A stretch of DNA of 64,000 bases. Origin: Malacoraja senta. Its lineage: Eukaryota. Positions within the stretch are counted from its first letter, which is position 1; each line of letters opens with the position of its first letter. The stretch spans positions 21,950,001 to 22,014,000 of the forward strand of contig CM075989.1 of the NCBI GenBank assembly GCA_038087875.1, read 5' to 3'. Under the pieces are notes generated by a model. It was not told the origin of the DNA, searched no databases, and saw only the letters and a program-made list of their open reading frames with translations. This document shows, piece by piece, positions 34,591-46,596 of this stretch. A program made the translations under genes and the position numbers.

Positions 34591-36066
34591 TCCCTAAACT
34601 CAAAATAAACAAGTAGATCAACTAACTAGAACGTTGTTAAATTGGTCGTCTCAATTCACAGTTATTTATAATGAAGTCTATGGGACAGATGCAAAACACA
34701 CAGTGCTGGACTAACTCAACGGGTCAGGCAACATCTGTGGAGGACATTGATTGGTGATGTTCCAGACTTCTGACACCATGTAGACGGATGATTTTTTTTA
34801 ATGCAGATCATTTTTACGGCTTTGGAAAATAACCTTCCTGTGAATTAAAAAAAAAAAAATAATTCTTCTACACAATTACAGTCCTTCACTTTGTGTGTTG
34901 ACTTTAAAATCTAACCTTGGCTATGGAGGAACTCGGGTTTGGACTGTGACATATTTTCATGGAACCGTACTTATTAATCTTCTAGAAATCTGCTAAAGAT
35001 CTTTCAATTTTGATTTGTTTTCAAACCTGGATTCGGTCAGATCAAACGGAAAGCTGCCCCTTTAATTCTGCAGAAAAGCAGCTCTCTGGTGCAGCTTTAT
35101 TACCAGTTGTAACTAATAACTGAAGGCAGTTATCTCAGCTGTTAAAAAGGGTGTGTGCATCTGCTGGCTACAGTTTCGAGCGTTAATAAAAAGGTCACCG
35201 AGTGAAAACCTAATAGCTGTCTTTTTCTTCCCCCTATTCGGGTTATGACTCTGATCATGCTGTTCTTACATAGATGCTGTTTCATATAACCTTAGATGAT
35301 TAAATACAGAATAAAATTAGACCTCTGAGGAGGCCATTACAGCCCTCTACAGGCCGTGATGTAGGCTCAAGCACCTGCAACTCTAAGCATCCGCTCGTAG
35401 CCATAAAAAGAGGCATCTGTTGTAGAGATGTGTTATCACTTTATCCTTGCTCCTATCTGCTCGCTCCAGTCACCAGTCCTATTTGATGTGAATTACTGTC
35501 AAATATTTTACAAACAGCTCATACAGCCAGGAAGTTCATGGTTATCAGCCTCTGTATAAAGAACAGGGCAGAGAGTTTCAGAAAACCTTTGACACCGTGA
35601 AAGGCGGGTTGCTGAGCTCCAGTTGACCCCCCGGATAATGAGAACTTTTTTTTTACTCTCCTTCGCAGTGAGTGCATTTAGTACAGGGATCATTTTGATC
35701 CTCGATGACTGTTGCAATTTTCAGTGTGTTTTTGGATCTCGTGTTTTGGGATTTCAAAAACACTCGACCAATAAACAGCGCATACATCAGTGGTAACTAA
35801 CTCTCACCTATCATCAGCTGGTTTGGAATTTGCTAAAGAGTTTTCAGTCTAAATCCAGAAGGTATGATAAAATGAGCCTTGTAAAAACATAGTTTCCTTC
35901 TGACTGGTTTGTTAAATCAGTAGCTCCTTCCTCTTGGCCGATTTACAACATTTTTGTAGCAGAACAGGGGAACTGTGCTGAGTTAAATATATTTTACCTT
36001 GTGAAAGTTTTGTGTTGTTAGTTTTCATGTATTTCGTGTCATATGTACCTAATAGCAAATGTGAAG

Positions 36067-36212
36067 GCTTTCGTCTGACGAAGTCTGAAGAAAAGTCTCG
36101 ACCCGGAACGTCACCTATTCCTTTTCCCCAGAGATGCTGCCTGACCCGCTGAGTTAATCCAGCTTTTTGTGTCTATCTTTGGTTTAAACCAGCATCTGCA
36201 GTTCCTTCCTAC
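36067..36212 (+). mobile_element. Short hammerhead/PLE-terminus insertion
   Basis: GTCTGAAGAAAAGTCTCGACCCGGAACGTCACC...CAGCATCTGCAGTTCCTTCCTAC, flanked by ATGTGAAG. Confidence 0.85.
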
Positions 36213-36474
36213 ATGTGAAGTTTTTTGGTGTCTCTTATCGCTGAATTAGAAGACTTTGAGTTCAGGCACCTGACATGAGCACATCATCTAGACGGGATAT
36301 TTGTAAGCAGGAGGTGTCCCAGACTGTCAGAGTCGTTGCCTCTTGGACGAGGTTCCTAAACTGTTGACCTCTTTGTTCTCTCAAAAATATACCAAAGCAC
36401 CATTTGAAGGAAAGCCGCAATCTTTCACTTTTACTGCGTTCCTCTCTGACTCATCCCTTCTCCATATCTCTTTT

Positions 36475-36858
36475 CATAAGTTCATGTGTTATAGGAGCAT
36501 AATTAGGCCATTTGACCCATCAAGCCTATTCAATCATGGCTGATCTATCTTTCCCTCTCAACCCCTCTCCCCATAACCCCTGACACCCTTGCTAATCAAG
36601 AACCTGTCAATCCCTGACTTAAAAATATCCATTGACTTGGCCTCCACAAGCTTCCGTGGCAATGAATTCCACAGGTTCACCACCCTCTGATTAAAGAAAT
36701 TCCTCCTCATCTCCTTTCCAAAGGTATGTCATTTCATTCTGAGGTTCTGCTCTCTAGTCCCAGACTCTCCCACTCGTGGAAACATCCTCTCCAATGAGCC
36801 CCCCCTCATTCTTCTAAACAGCAGTGAGTACAAACCCAATGGCGTCAAATACTCATCA
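36475..36858 (-). mobile_element. CR1 3' fragment
   Basis: Reverse complement of ORF2 end and tail. Confidence 0.85.
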
Positions 36859-36967
36859 CAGAGGAGTCTGAAGAAAGGTCTCGACCCAAAACATCATCCA
36901 TTCCTTCTCTCCAGAGATGCTGCCTGTCTGTTCCGTTGAGTTACTCCAGCATTTTGTGTTGCTCATC

Positions 36968-37220
36968 AAAGAGACCCGGGTTCGACTATGGATGCTGCCT
37001 GTGTGGAGTTTGTACGTTCTCCCTATGTCCTGCGTGGGTTTTCTCCGGGTGCTCCGGTTTCTCCCCACATTCCAAAGGCGTGCAGGTTTGTAGGTCAATT
37101 GGATTCTGTAAATTGCCCTATTGAGTAGGATAGAACTAGTGTACGGGGTGATCGCTGGTGTGGACTGGATGGGCCAAAAGGCCTGTTTCCACACTGTATC
37201 TCTAAACTAAACTAAACTAA
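36968..37220 (+). mobile_element. HE1-like V-SINE (5' truncated)
   Basis: B box, V-domain, tail. Confidence 0.88.
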
Positions 37221-37439
37221 GAAACTAATAAATGTTAGCTCTGTTTCTCTCTCTGCAGATGCTGCTTGTCTTGCTCATTATTTTCAGCACTTTCCGATAT
37301 CAGTTTTATTCCGTTTGTATCTGGATCTCAGACAAAACATGGGAAACATGTTCCTTATTTATTAATGATAAGGCATCAGCTTTAGAAGAAGTTAAAAGGA
37401 TCACTACAGATTAGAGAAGCCAAAAGGATCATGATATAT

Positions 37440-38221
37440 ATACCCCACCACTCGCCACATCTTCCCATCTCCCCCCATGTCTGCCTTCCGCAAAGACCGC
37501 TCCCTCCGTAACTCCCTTGTCAATTCTTCCCTTCCCTCCCGTACCACCCCCTCCCCGGGTACTTTCCCTTGCAACCGCAAGAGATGCAACACTTGTCCCT
37601 TCACCTCCCCCTCGACTCCATTCAAGGACCTAAGCAGTCGTTCCAGGTGCGACAGAGGTTCACCTGCATTTCCTCCAACCTCATCTATTGCATCCGCTGC
37701 TCTAGATGCCAGCTGATCTACATCGGTGAGACCAAGCGGAGGCTTGGCGATCGTTTCGCCGAACACCTCCGGTCGGTCCGCAATAACCGACCTGACCTCC
37801 CGGTGACTCAGCACTTCAACTCCCCCTCCCATTCCGTATCTGACCTCTATGTCCTGGGTCTCCTCCATGGCCACAGCGAGCAACACCGGAAATTGGAGGA
37901 AATGCACCTCATATTCCGCTTGGGCAGTCTACATCCTGGGGGCTTGAACATTGAATTCTCCCAATTCTGCTAGCCCTTGCTGTCCCCTCCCCTTCATCAG
38001 CCCTCTGGTTGTCTCCTCCCCTCCCCTAGCCCTCGGGCTCCTCCTCCGCCTTTTTTCCTTTTTTCCTTTCTTCTCCCCACCCCCTATCAGTCTGAAGAAG
38101 GGTTTCGGCCCGAAAAGTTGCCTATTTCCTTCGCTCCATAGATGCTGCTGCACCCGCTGAGTTTCTCCAGCATTTTTGTGTACCTTCGATTTTTCCAGCA
38201 TCTGCAGTTCCTTCTTTAACA
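37440..38221 (+). mobile_element. Penelope-like element 3' part: GIY-YIG endonuclease region plus terminal repeat with hammerhead
   Basis: AFRKDRSLRNSLV...CNRKRCNTCP (frameshift) ...FTCISSNLIYCIRCSRCQLIYIGETKRRLGDRFAEH...E..LIFRLGSLHPGGLN. 10-bp TSD CATGATATAT (37430-37439, 38222-38231). Confidence 0.95.
38088..38122 (+). ncRNA. Hammerhead motif of the Penelope terminus (stem III variant GAAAAGUU)
   Basis: CUGAAGA at 38092, stem II GGGU(UUCG)GCCC, GAAA. A C>A change breaks the AACGUU palindrome. Confidence 0.6.
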
Positions 38222-38676
38222 CATGATATATTAATTAATTGTTAACTAAATAATCCTATATTTTCAACTTTGTTGCGTACTTAAATTGAACTTTCAGTTA
38301 TACTGGTAAATATATCATAATATTTATTTGATATAATAAGGAATGTGTTTTTGATTCTTCTGTTGCCTTTACTGTGACACTGCATTGGTTTCAGCTATGT
38401 GTTCTAACAATCAGCAAACATCACTTTGCCTGTACATGTGAGTCACATCAAGGCTACAGCGGTAAGCTTTGTTTACATTGTGCCTTGGTGCCTTAATTTA
38501 GACTCATTGCCATACACTGATCTGAAGGATTCATAGCAGATCATCTTTTTCATCTGCCGCATCTTCACAGTGTGAAATTTTTTTTTTTACAAATGTTGGG
38601 CAAATCCATGCATGCTGGACGCTGACTAAACTCATCAAATGATGTACATGTGTAGATAGGACATAGAACAGATAAG

Positions 38677-38989
38677 GGGCGGCACGGTGGCGCAGCGGTA
38701 GAGTTGCTGCCTTACAGCGCTTAAAGCGCCAGAGACCCGGGTTCGATTCCGGCTACGGGTGCTGTCTGTACAGAGTTTGTACGTTCTACCCGTGACCTGT
38801 GCAGGTTTTCTCCGAGAACTTCGGTTTCCTCCCACACTCCAAAGACGTACAGGTTTGTAGGTTAATTGGCTTGGTAACTGCAAATTGCCCCCAGTGTAGG
38901 AGAGTATTAATCTGCGGGTCGGTGCGGACTCGGTGGGCCGAAGGGCCTGTTTCCGCGCTGTATCTCTAAACTAAACTAAACTAAACTAA
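38677..38989 (+). mobile_element. HE1-like V-SINE (head-duplication subfamily)
   Basis: TTACAGCGCTTAAAGCGCCAG head, V-domain, tail. Confidence 0.92.
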
Positions 38990-38994
38990 AAAAG

Positions 38995-39480
38995 TACAGG
39001 CTCTTTGGCCTACAATGTCGAAGCTAAACATGATGCCAAATTAACTAATCTCCTCTGCCAGCACGTGATCCATATCCCACCATTCCTGCATATCCATGTG
39101 CCTATCCAAAAGCCTCTTATATGTCACTATTTTATCTGCCTCCACCACCAATGTGTTGCAGGCACCAACCACTCTCTGTGGAAAAATACTTCCCCGCACA
39201 GCTCCTTTAAACCTTGTCCTTCTCACCTTAGTGCTATGCCTTCTTCTCCTTGCCATTTCCACCCTGGGGGGGGGGGGGAAGTTCTGACTGGCTACCTTAT
39301 TTAGGCCTAGCTCAATGTTATATACTTCTATCAGGTCTCCCTCAGCACCTGACGTTACAAGAATAACAACCCAAATTTGTCCATCATTTCCTTGTATGTA
39401 ATAGCCTCTAAACCAAGCAGCATTCTGGTAAACCTCTGCTGTACCCTCTCCAAAGCCTCCACATCTTTCCTGAAATGGGT
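38995..39480 (-). mobile_element. CR1 3' fragment
   Basis: FPQRVVGACNTLVVEADKIVTYKRLLDRHMD. Confidence 0.8.
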
Positions 39481-39514
39481 GGAGAGACCTAATTCACTCC
39501 CCTTTTACTCAGCA

Positions 39515-39938
39515 TAGTTCAGTTTAGTTTGGTTATTATTGTAACATGTACTGAGGTACAGGAAAAGGTTTTGTTGCATGCTATCCAGTCGAAGACAAGA
39601 CTAAACATGATTACTATCAAGCTGTCCACAGTGTACAGATAAAGGATAATGGGCACAACATTTAGTGCAAGATAAAGTCCGATAAGGTCCGATTAAAGAT
39701 AGTTCCAACATCTCCAATGAGGTAGATGGGAGAGTCAGAACCGCACCCTAGCTGGTGAGAGGAAGCTTCAGTTGCCTGATAACAGCTGGGAAGAAACTGT
39801 CCCATATTCTGGAGGTGTGCGTTTTTAAACCTCTGTACTTCTTGCCGGATGGGAGAGGGGAGAAGAAGGAGTGATGGGCTGAGACTGGTCCTTGATTATG
39901 CTGTTGGCCTTTTTGAGGCAGCCTGAAGTGTAGATGGA
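39515..39938 (-). mobile_element. Rex1 LINE 3' fragment
   Basis: SIYTSGCLKKANSIIKDQSQP and Rex1 tail. Confidence 0.88.
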
Positions 39939-40124
39939 CAATAGTATAGAGTCATACAGCATGGAAACAGACCGTTCAGCCCAAATTGCCCACACTGACC
40001 AACATGTCCCATCTATACTAAATTGAAACACCCTCTAAATGACTCATCAAACATTCAATCTGAAGATGGGTCCCAGACTGAAACATCATCTGTCCATTCC
40101 CTCCACCGATATAGTTATAGTCAA

Positions 40125-40337
40125 AGAGTCATACAGCGTGGAAACAGGCCCTTCGGCCCAACTTCACCACACCCACCAACATGTCCTAACTACACTAGTC
40201 CCACCTGCCTGCATTTGGACCATATCCCTCCAAGCCTCTCCTATCCATGTACCTGTCTAATTGTTTCTTAAACGTTGCAATAGTCCCTGCCTCAACGACC
40301 TCCTCTGGCAGCTCGTTCCATACACCCACCACCCTTA
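40125..40337 (-). mobile_element. CR1 (HER1-like) 3' fragment
   Basis: Same family as 3885-4212. Confidence 0.85.
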
Positions 40338-40827
40338 GTAGACAGAAAGTATTGGATATTTGCAAACAGATCCAGAGAATATAGATGTAAAGTCAAATTC
40401 CACCAACCCTATCCCGACCAGACTTAACTATGTCTTACTTCAACATCTGAGTGGGCAGAGTAGCTGCGATAAGAGTTCGCCTTGCAGTGGGAATATTGCC
40501 AGGTTACTGAAATCAGGCAGGTGTTCAGTCTTTTTCAAAATCTGATTCTCTTTGTAAATGGAACATGAAATGACATTAATATACAGTATCACACAGCAAG
40601 TCATCTTTCTTTCATTGAAGCTCACTGTAGATCTACTTTAAGTAATGGTATTAGGGAGAGAGTTATAGCTATACATGCACTGGCACAACCTGGTTCAAAC
40701 ATTCACATTTCAGCAGGCAAGGTGGTGTGTTGTATACAGACGTGAAAGACATCTTCTTATGTCTTGCCAGTGGAATGATAAACTAACTGTGAAAGCAAGT
40801 TAAAATACCTTTCTTTTACTGTTTTAA

Positions 40828-41119
40828 GTTTTTAGTTTTAGAGATACAGCGTGGAAACAGGCCCTTCGGCCCACCGAGTCCGCAACGACCAGCGATCCCG
40901 CACACTGACACTATCCCACACCCACTAGGGACAATTTACACTTACACCAAGCCAATTAACCTACAAACCTGTACGCCTTTGGAGTGTGGAGGAAACCGGA
41001 GATCTCGGCTAAAACCCACGCAGGTCACGGGGAGAACGTACCAACCCCGTGGTCGGGATAGAACCCGGGTCCTTGGCGCCGTAAGTGCTGTAAGGCACCA
41101 ACTCCACCACTGCGCCACC
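40828..41119 (-). mobile_element. HE1-like V-SINE
   Basis: Reverse complement of head, V-domain and tail. Confidence 0.9.
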
Positions 41120-41570
41120 ATTATCAGAGTAAATATTTCCGACAAATGTAATAATCTCTAGATTACTGCTTTTCGTAAAACTGGTCATTCACTTTGATAG
41201 TTTCCTAGTACATGGAACATGGAACAGTACAGCACAAGAACAGGCCCTTCGGCCCACAACATCCATGCCAAACATGATGCCAAGACCATCTCTTATCTAC
41301 CTGTGCATAATCCATATCCCTCCATTCCCTGCATCTCCAAATACATAACCAAAAGCCTGGTTGAATAGAATTTGATGAATTCCTCCATTATGTGCTTACC
41401 ATCATGGTCTTACCAAAGATATAGGAGCAGAATTAGGCCATTCGGCCCATCAATTCTACACCATTCAATCATGGCTGATAATGTAACAAACGGCTCATTT
41501 GTGATCCAAGAAACTGAGGCCAAGAATAACATCTCTTTTTTTACACACAACTTTTTGATCTTAACCCAAT

Positions 41571-41672
41571 TCGGGTCGAGTCTGAAGAAGTGTCTCGACC
41601 CGAAACATCACCCATTCCGTTTCTCCAGAGATGCTGCCTGTCCTGCTGAGTTACTCCAGCATTTTGTATCTA
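41571..41672 (+). mobile_element. Short hammerhead/PLE-terminus insertion
   Basis: TCGGGTCGAG (inverted stem II piece) followed by TCTGAAGAAGTGTCTCGACCCGAAACATCACC... Confidence 0.85.
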
Positions 41673-41784
41673 TCCCCCTGTCAAATGTTTTTGAAGCAAT
41701 GTACGATGATAACAGGCCAAGGCAATCATGTTCTGTCTCTGAACTTTAGTCAAACATGGATTAATGATGACACTTTTTCCTGTT

Positions 41785-42150
41785 TCATGAATTTAAGGAG
41801 CAGAATGAGGTCATTCGGCCCATCAAGTCTACTCCGCCATTCAATCATGGCTGATCTATCTTTCCCTCTCAACCCCATTTTCCTGCCTTCTCCCCATAAC
41901 TCCTGCCATCCTTACTAACCAAGAATATGTCAATCTCCATCTTTAAAACATCCATTGACTTGGCCCCACAACCATCTGTGGCAATGAATTCCATAGATTC
42001 ACCACCCTCTAACTAAAGAAATTCCTTCTCATCTCCTTTCTAAAGGTACGTCCTTTTATTCTATGCCCTCTAGTCCTAAACTGTCCCACATGTGGAAACA
42101 TCCTCTCCACATCTACTACTCACCGGACCTTTCACTGGTCGCTAAGTTTC
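41785..42150 (-). mobile_element. CR1 3' fragment
   Basis: Reverse complement of ORF2 end and tail. Confidence 0.85.
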
Positions 42151-42677
42151 ATGAGAAATGGTCATTGTTTTGAAAACTTATATTATTAGATTTGGAGCTC
42201 GACAGACTATTTATGTGCAACAACAAATGACTTAATCTTCACCTGATTCATTAATAAAGAAACATTTATCAGATATGCAGATCTCACTTTTGCTGTATAC
42301 CTCGTTCACTTTTCCAATACAGGTCAGGTTTTCGTGTTCATTTTACACCACCACCAAGAGCAAGTGAAGGCAAATTCCATTCTCAATACCTCTTGAATTA
42401 AACATCTCTTCAACATTCACCTTAGCATTGCAGTCAATCACTCTGTCTGTCTGTTGCCATTTTGGTTAGGACTTCCCACAGCATGCACGTACAAAGTAGA
42501 TTTTCAATAACATTGATAAACTCCTCAGCAAGCAATTAGCTCTTTAACTGCAATAATTGACTGACAACCTAGTAGAGACTTAATTTGGACTGCCCTGCAG
42601 TTTTGATACAGTCCAAAAAAAAGGGACCGTTCATGCAATATACTGTTCACTAACAATTATTAATCATTAACTTATAT

Positions 42678-42985
42678 ACGATACAATACTATACAATAGA
42701 ACTTTATTTATCCCAGGAGGGAATATGACTGGGAATCTGCCAACAGTCATAAAACACAACATTATACATGAAACATGAAATTAAAGTGACGAGGCCAGGA
42801 TTGGGGATGTGCAAAGATTGGCGACGGGGGGGGGGTGTCAGTCTACCCCATGACAGAAGGGGGAGGAGTTGTACAGTTTGATAGCCACAGGGAAGAAGGA
42901 TCTCCTGTGGCGTTCTGTCCTGCATCTTGGTGGAACCAGTCTGTTGCTGAAGGTGCTCCTCAGGTTGACCAAGTGTGTCATGGAG
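42678..42985 (-). mobile_element. Rex1 LINE 3' fragment
   Basis: LVNLRSTFSNRLVPPRCRTERHRRSFFPVAIKLYNSS, tail ...TTCCCTCCTGGGATAAATAAAGTTCTATTGTAT... Confidence 0.9.
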
Positions 42986-43196
42986 GCAGTGAGCTGTATG
43001 TACAGCAAGTGCCCTAATAGCAAGGAACAGTCATTTCTACCCAGTGAAGTAGAATCTCTAATTGAATGCAATTAATACTTAGAATGAACAGACACGGAGT
43101 GAGAAAGAAAATGCAGGCAAACAGGTTAAATGTGTAGGGAAGAACTGCAGATGCTGGTTTATGCTAGCCTCCTCATTGCCCAATCTAAAGATGCTC

Positions 43197-43563
43197 AGTG
43201 AAAGGCCTGCATAGAGTGGATGTGAAGAGGATGTTTCCACTAGTGGGAGAGTCTAGGACTAGAGGTTATAGCGTCAGAATTAAAGGACATTCTTTTAGGA
43301 AGGAGATGACTAGAAATTTCTTTAGTCAGAGGTTGGTGAATCTGTGGAATTCTTTGCCACAGAAGGCTGTGGAGGCCAAGTCAGTGGATATTTTTAAGGC
43401 AGAGATAGATAGATTCTTGATTAGTGCGGGTGTCAGAGGTTATGGGGAGAAGGCAGGAGAATGGGGTTAGGAGGGAGAGATAGATCAGCCGTGATTGAAT
43501 GGCGGAGTAGACTTGACAGACCGAATGGCCTAATTCTGCTCTTATCACTTATGATCTTATGAC
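43197..43563 (+). mobile_element. CR1 3' fragment
   Basis: KGLHRVDVKRMFPLVGESRTRG...QRLVNLWNSLPQKAVEAKS...GYGEKAGEWG*. Confidence 0.92.
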
Positions 43564-43853
43564 CTGATGCCTGATTTCCCACCAGGGAAAAATCTAATTA
43601 GGTCCACAAATTGAATGCAGATTTATGTAAATAGCCGTCAGTCATGATTTCCTGTGCTGTTCACTGCAAATGTACTGACAACTTTTCACACCTGTGTAAA
43701 ATAAGAACTAAAAGAAAGGCATGTTTTGGCCGTTAGGAATGGAACACTTAGGAAGGTACGTGAGAGGAATAGAATGGGCAGATGCACAGAGTCTCTTTCC
43801 CAGAGAAGCAGAGGGCACAGTTGTAAGGTGAAGGGGGAAAGATTTAACAGGAG

Positions 43854-43957
43854 TTAAATCTCTGAAGAAGGGTTTCGGCCCGAAACGTTGCCTATTTCCT
43901 TCGCTCCATAGATGCTGCTGCACCCGCTGAGTTTCTCCAGCATTTTTTGTGTACCTT
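43854..43957 (+). mobile_element. Short young hammerhead/PLE-terminus insertion in a CR1 fragment
   Basis: 15-bp TSD AAGATTTAACAGGAG (43839-43853, 43958-43972). Confidence 0.92.
43861..43892 (+). ncRNA. Minimal type I hammerhead ribozyme core
   Basis: CUGAAGA (43862-43868), A, GGGU(UUCG)GCCC, GAAA, palindromic AACGUU. Predicted cut after 43889. Confidence 0.65.
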
Positions 43958-44025
43958 AAGATTTAACAGGAGCCTGAGGAGTAACTTTTTCACACAAAGG
44001 GTGGTGGGTGTATGGAACGAGCTGT

Positions 44026-44139
44026 AAACAGTATTGAATGCATGTATAGCCTAGGAGAATGTTGGATGGAATCTTGTAAGGATCATGTATTGGATATATT
44101 TAATTCTCGAATAAAGTATATTTTGAAATTTAAAAAAAA
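44026..44139 (+). mobile_element. Probable L1/Tx1-type 3' tail
   Basis: Ends GAATAAAGTATATTTTGAAATTTAAAAAAAA and interrupts a CR1 fragment. Confidence 0.45.
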
Positions 44140-44707
44140 GATGGTTGAGGCAGAGACCTCATGAGTTACTCCAGCACTTTGTGTTTTACTGGAGATTCCA
44201 GCATCTGCAGTTCCTTACTGTATGTCTTCATTTAAAAAAGGAAGTCTACTGGTACCTGGTACTTGACCATAACATTGTTGACGTTTCCAATTTTAGTTGC
44301 CGCAGCTAAACCTCCAGAGAAGAGAACTATGCTGAATGTTCTTCTTTTACAGAAATCTGGAGCCAGAAGTGGGGTTACTAGTGAGAGAAGACCTGGAAGG
44401 AATTACACGAAGAGTCATTCTCTTCTGACAGAAGGAGTTATTTTTATGTCAAAGCAGACCATATTAATATCTCAATTTGTCAAGGAGATATCAGTGTGGT
44501 GTGTCTTGGAACTGAATTTTGAACCTCACATAATATCCATTGCATATATTCCTCTCCTGGTAGGTAAGAAGATGAAAATATGATTTAATTTTCACAACAT
44601 CAGACATTCGGATCAATCCCCTGCCAATCCCCTTTTTAATGCCTCCCAGTCACCATAGTTTGATGGGCAATCTCCAAATATTAAATCAGCTTTGTTGTCG
44701 ATATTGT

Positions 44708-44900
44708 GGACACAAGGAACTGCAGATGCTGTTTTACAAACAAGGCACAAGGTGCTGGAGTAACTCAGCCGGTCAGGCAGCACCTCTGGAGAAACCTCCG
44801 GAGTCTGATAAAGGGTCCTGACCCGAAATATCACCCAACCACGTCCTACAGAGATGTTGTCTGACCCATTGAGTTTCTCTGACACTTAGTGTCGTTTTTT
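44708..44900. mobile_element. Degenerate fold-back Penelope-terminus element
   Basis: Inverted arm, then GTCTGATAAAGGGTCCTGACCCGAAA arm. Approximate TTGT(C/T)GATATTGT duplication. Confidence 0.75.
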
Positions 44901-45368
44901 GCTTGTTGATATTGTAGGAGTCATGAGCTCATTAATTCATGTCGTAGGAGCAGAATGAGGCCATTCTGCCCATCAAGTCTACTCTGCCATTCAATCATGA
45001 CTAATCTATCTTTCCCTCTCAACCCCATTCTCGTGCCTTCTCCTCGTAACCCCTGACAACCGTACTAATCAAGAATCTGCCAATCTCCGCCTCACAAATA
45101 TCCATTGAATTGGCCTCCAGAGCCTTCTGTGACAATGAATTCCACAGATTCATCACCCTCTGATTCCTTCAATCTATCTGTCTTACACTGCCTTTTACAG
45201 TAAACATGTACAAATATTTTCATTCTGAAGGGTGAAGACCATGGGATGGGCAACTATCTCAAATGTGCTGGATCATACTGTATTAGTTGTTACATCCCCA
45301 TCTGATAATCAGTTACATTGTCATCAATAAAATGCCTGGCAATCTGATCACGTGACGAGAACCTGCTA

Positions 45369-45672
45369 GGCGGCATAGTGGTGCAGCGGTAGAGTTGCTG
45401 GCTTACAATGCCAGACACCCGGGTACGATCCTGACTACGGGTGCTGTCTGTACGGAGTTTCTACGTTCTCCCCGTGACCTGCGTGAGTTTTCTCCGAGAT
45501 CTCTGGTTTCTTTCCACACTCCAAAGACATACAGGTTTGTAGGATAATTTGCTTGGTATAATTGTAAATTTCCCCTAGAGTGTGTAGGATGGAGTTAGTG
45601 TGCGGGGATCGCTGGTCGGCGCGGACCCAGTGGGCCGAAGGGCCTGTTTGCGTGCTGCATATCTAAACTAAA
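45369..45672 (+). mobile_element. HE1-like V-SINE
   Basis: Head, V-domain, tail. Confidence 0.9.
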
Positions 45673-45836
45673 GTATATCCCATTACCAGTGAAGCTCCCA
45701 TGTACAATACACATACAACAATAAGTCACATAAGTCGTGCAAAATGGCGATGGAACTGCAATATTACTGAAGCACGCTAGAAGCTTATTTCACTAACATC
45801 AGAAATCTTGATCTTTTATCTTCATAGGCTTTGATT

Positions 45837-46098
45837 GACTGTGGAACAGCATCCCTCTTCCCATCAGAACTGCCCCCTCCATCGACTCCTTTAAGTCGAG
45901 ACTTAAAACTCATCTTTACTCTCAAGCCTTTCTTGACGTCCTCTGAGTGAAGGACTTATGTATGTATTTATGTATGTACATAATCTATGAACCAATGTTA
46001 TGTAACGTTAGTACCTCCACCAATGTAAAGCACTTTGGCCAACGAGAGTTATTTTTTAAATGTGCTATAGAAATAAAGTGACTTGACTTGACTTGACT
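45837..46098 (+). mobile_element. L2-clade LINE 3' fragment
   Basis: Near-identical to 24240-24502, with (GACTT)n tail. Confidence 0.9.
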
Positions 46099-46596
46099 AA
46101 AACTGAATATTTACCTCAGTGATTTCCACAATGCTTTGAGTAAGGCAAACTTATTGTGCCCCATACCCTCGGAACTTGCACTTTGAGCAAACACTTTCAG
46201 GGTAATGTGTTCATGGCAATTTGCCTCAGCGATGAGAACATTTTCCTTCATTGTTTCCACATTTATTGATAAATGGTGCTGGTGTCAACTGACACGACCA
46301 ACTCTATCCGGATGCCTTCGGTCTTTACTTGTTGCTAATGGCAAATTAACTGTGCTCACCACTGTCGTAGGTAGTAAGTATAAACTTAACTTTCCAGATC
46401 CGCAAGTGTCGACTTACATTCCCATGCCAAAATGATGAAACCTTTTACTGCTGCACAATAACATGTAGCACAATGACCTACATTCCACTGTGAACCTGCT
46501 TAAAATAAACGCAGCAGCTGACTAAATACTATCTTAGTTATCAAACATGTTAATGTTTTGGGGATATTTTTAATACCTTTGAAATTCAAAGGATTT

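Noticed and set aside
37569..37973. Stand-alone GIY-YIG nuclease gene
   Set aside because: 5'-truncated, frameshifted Penelope fragment bounded by a TSD
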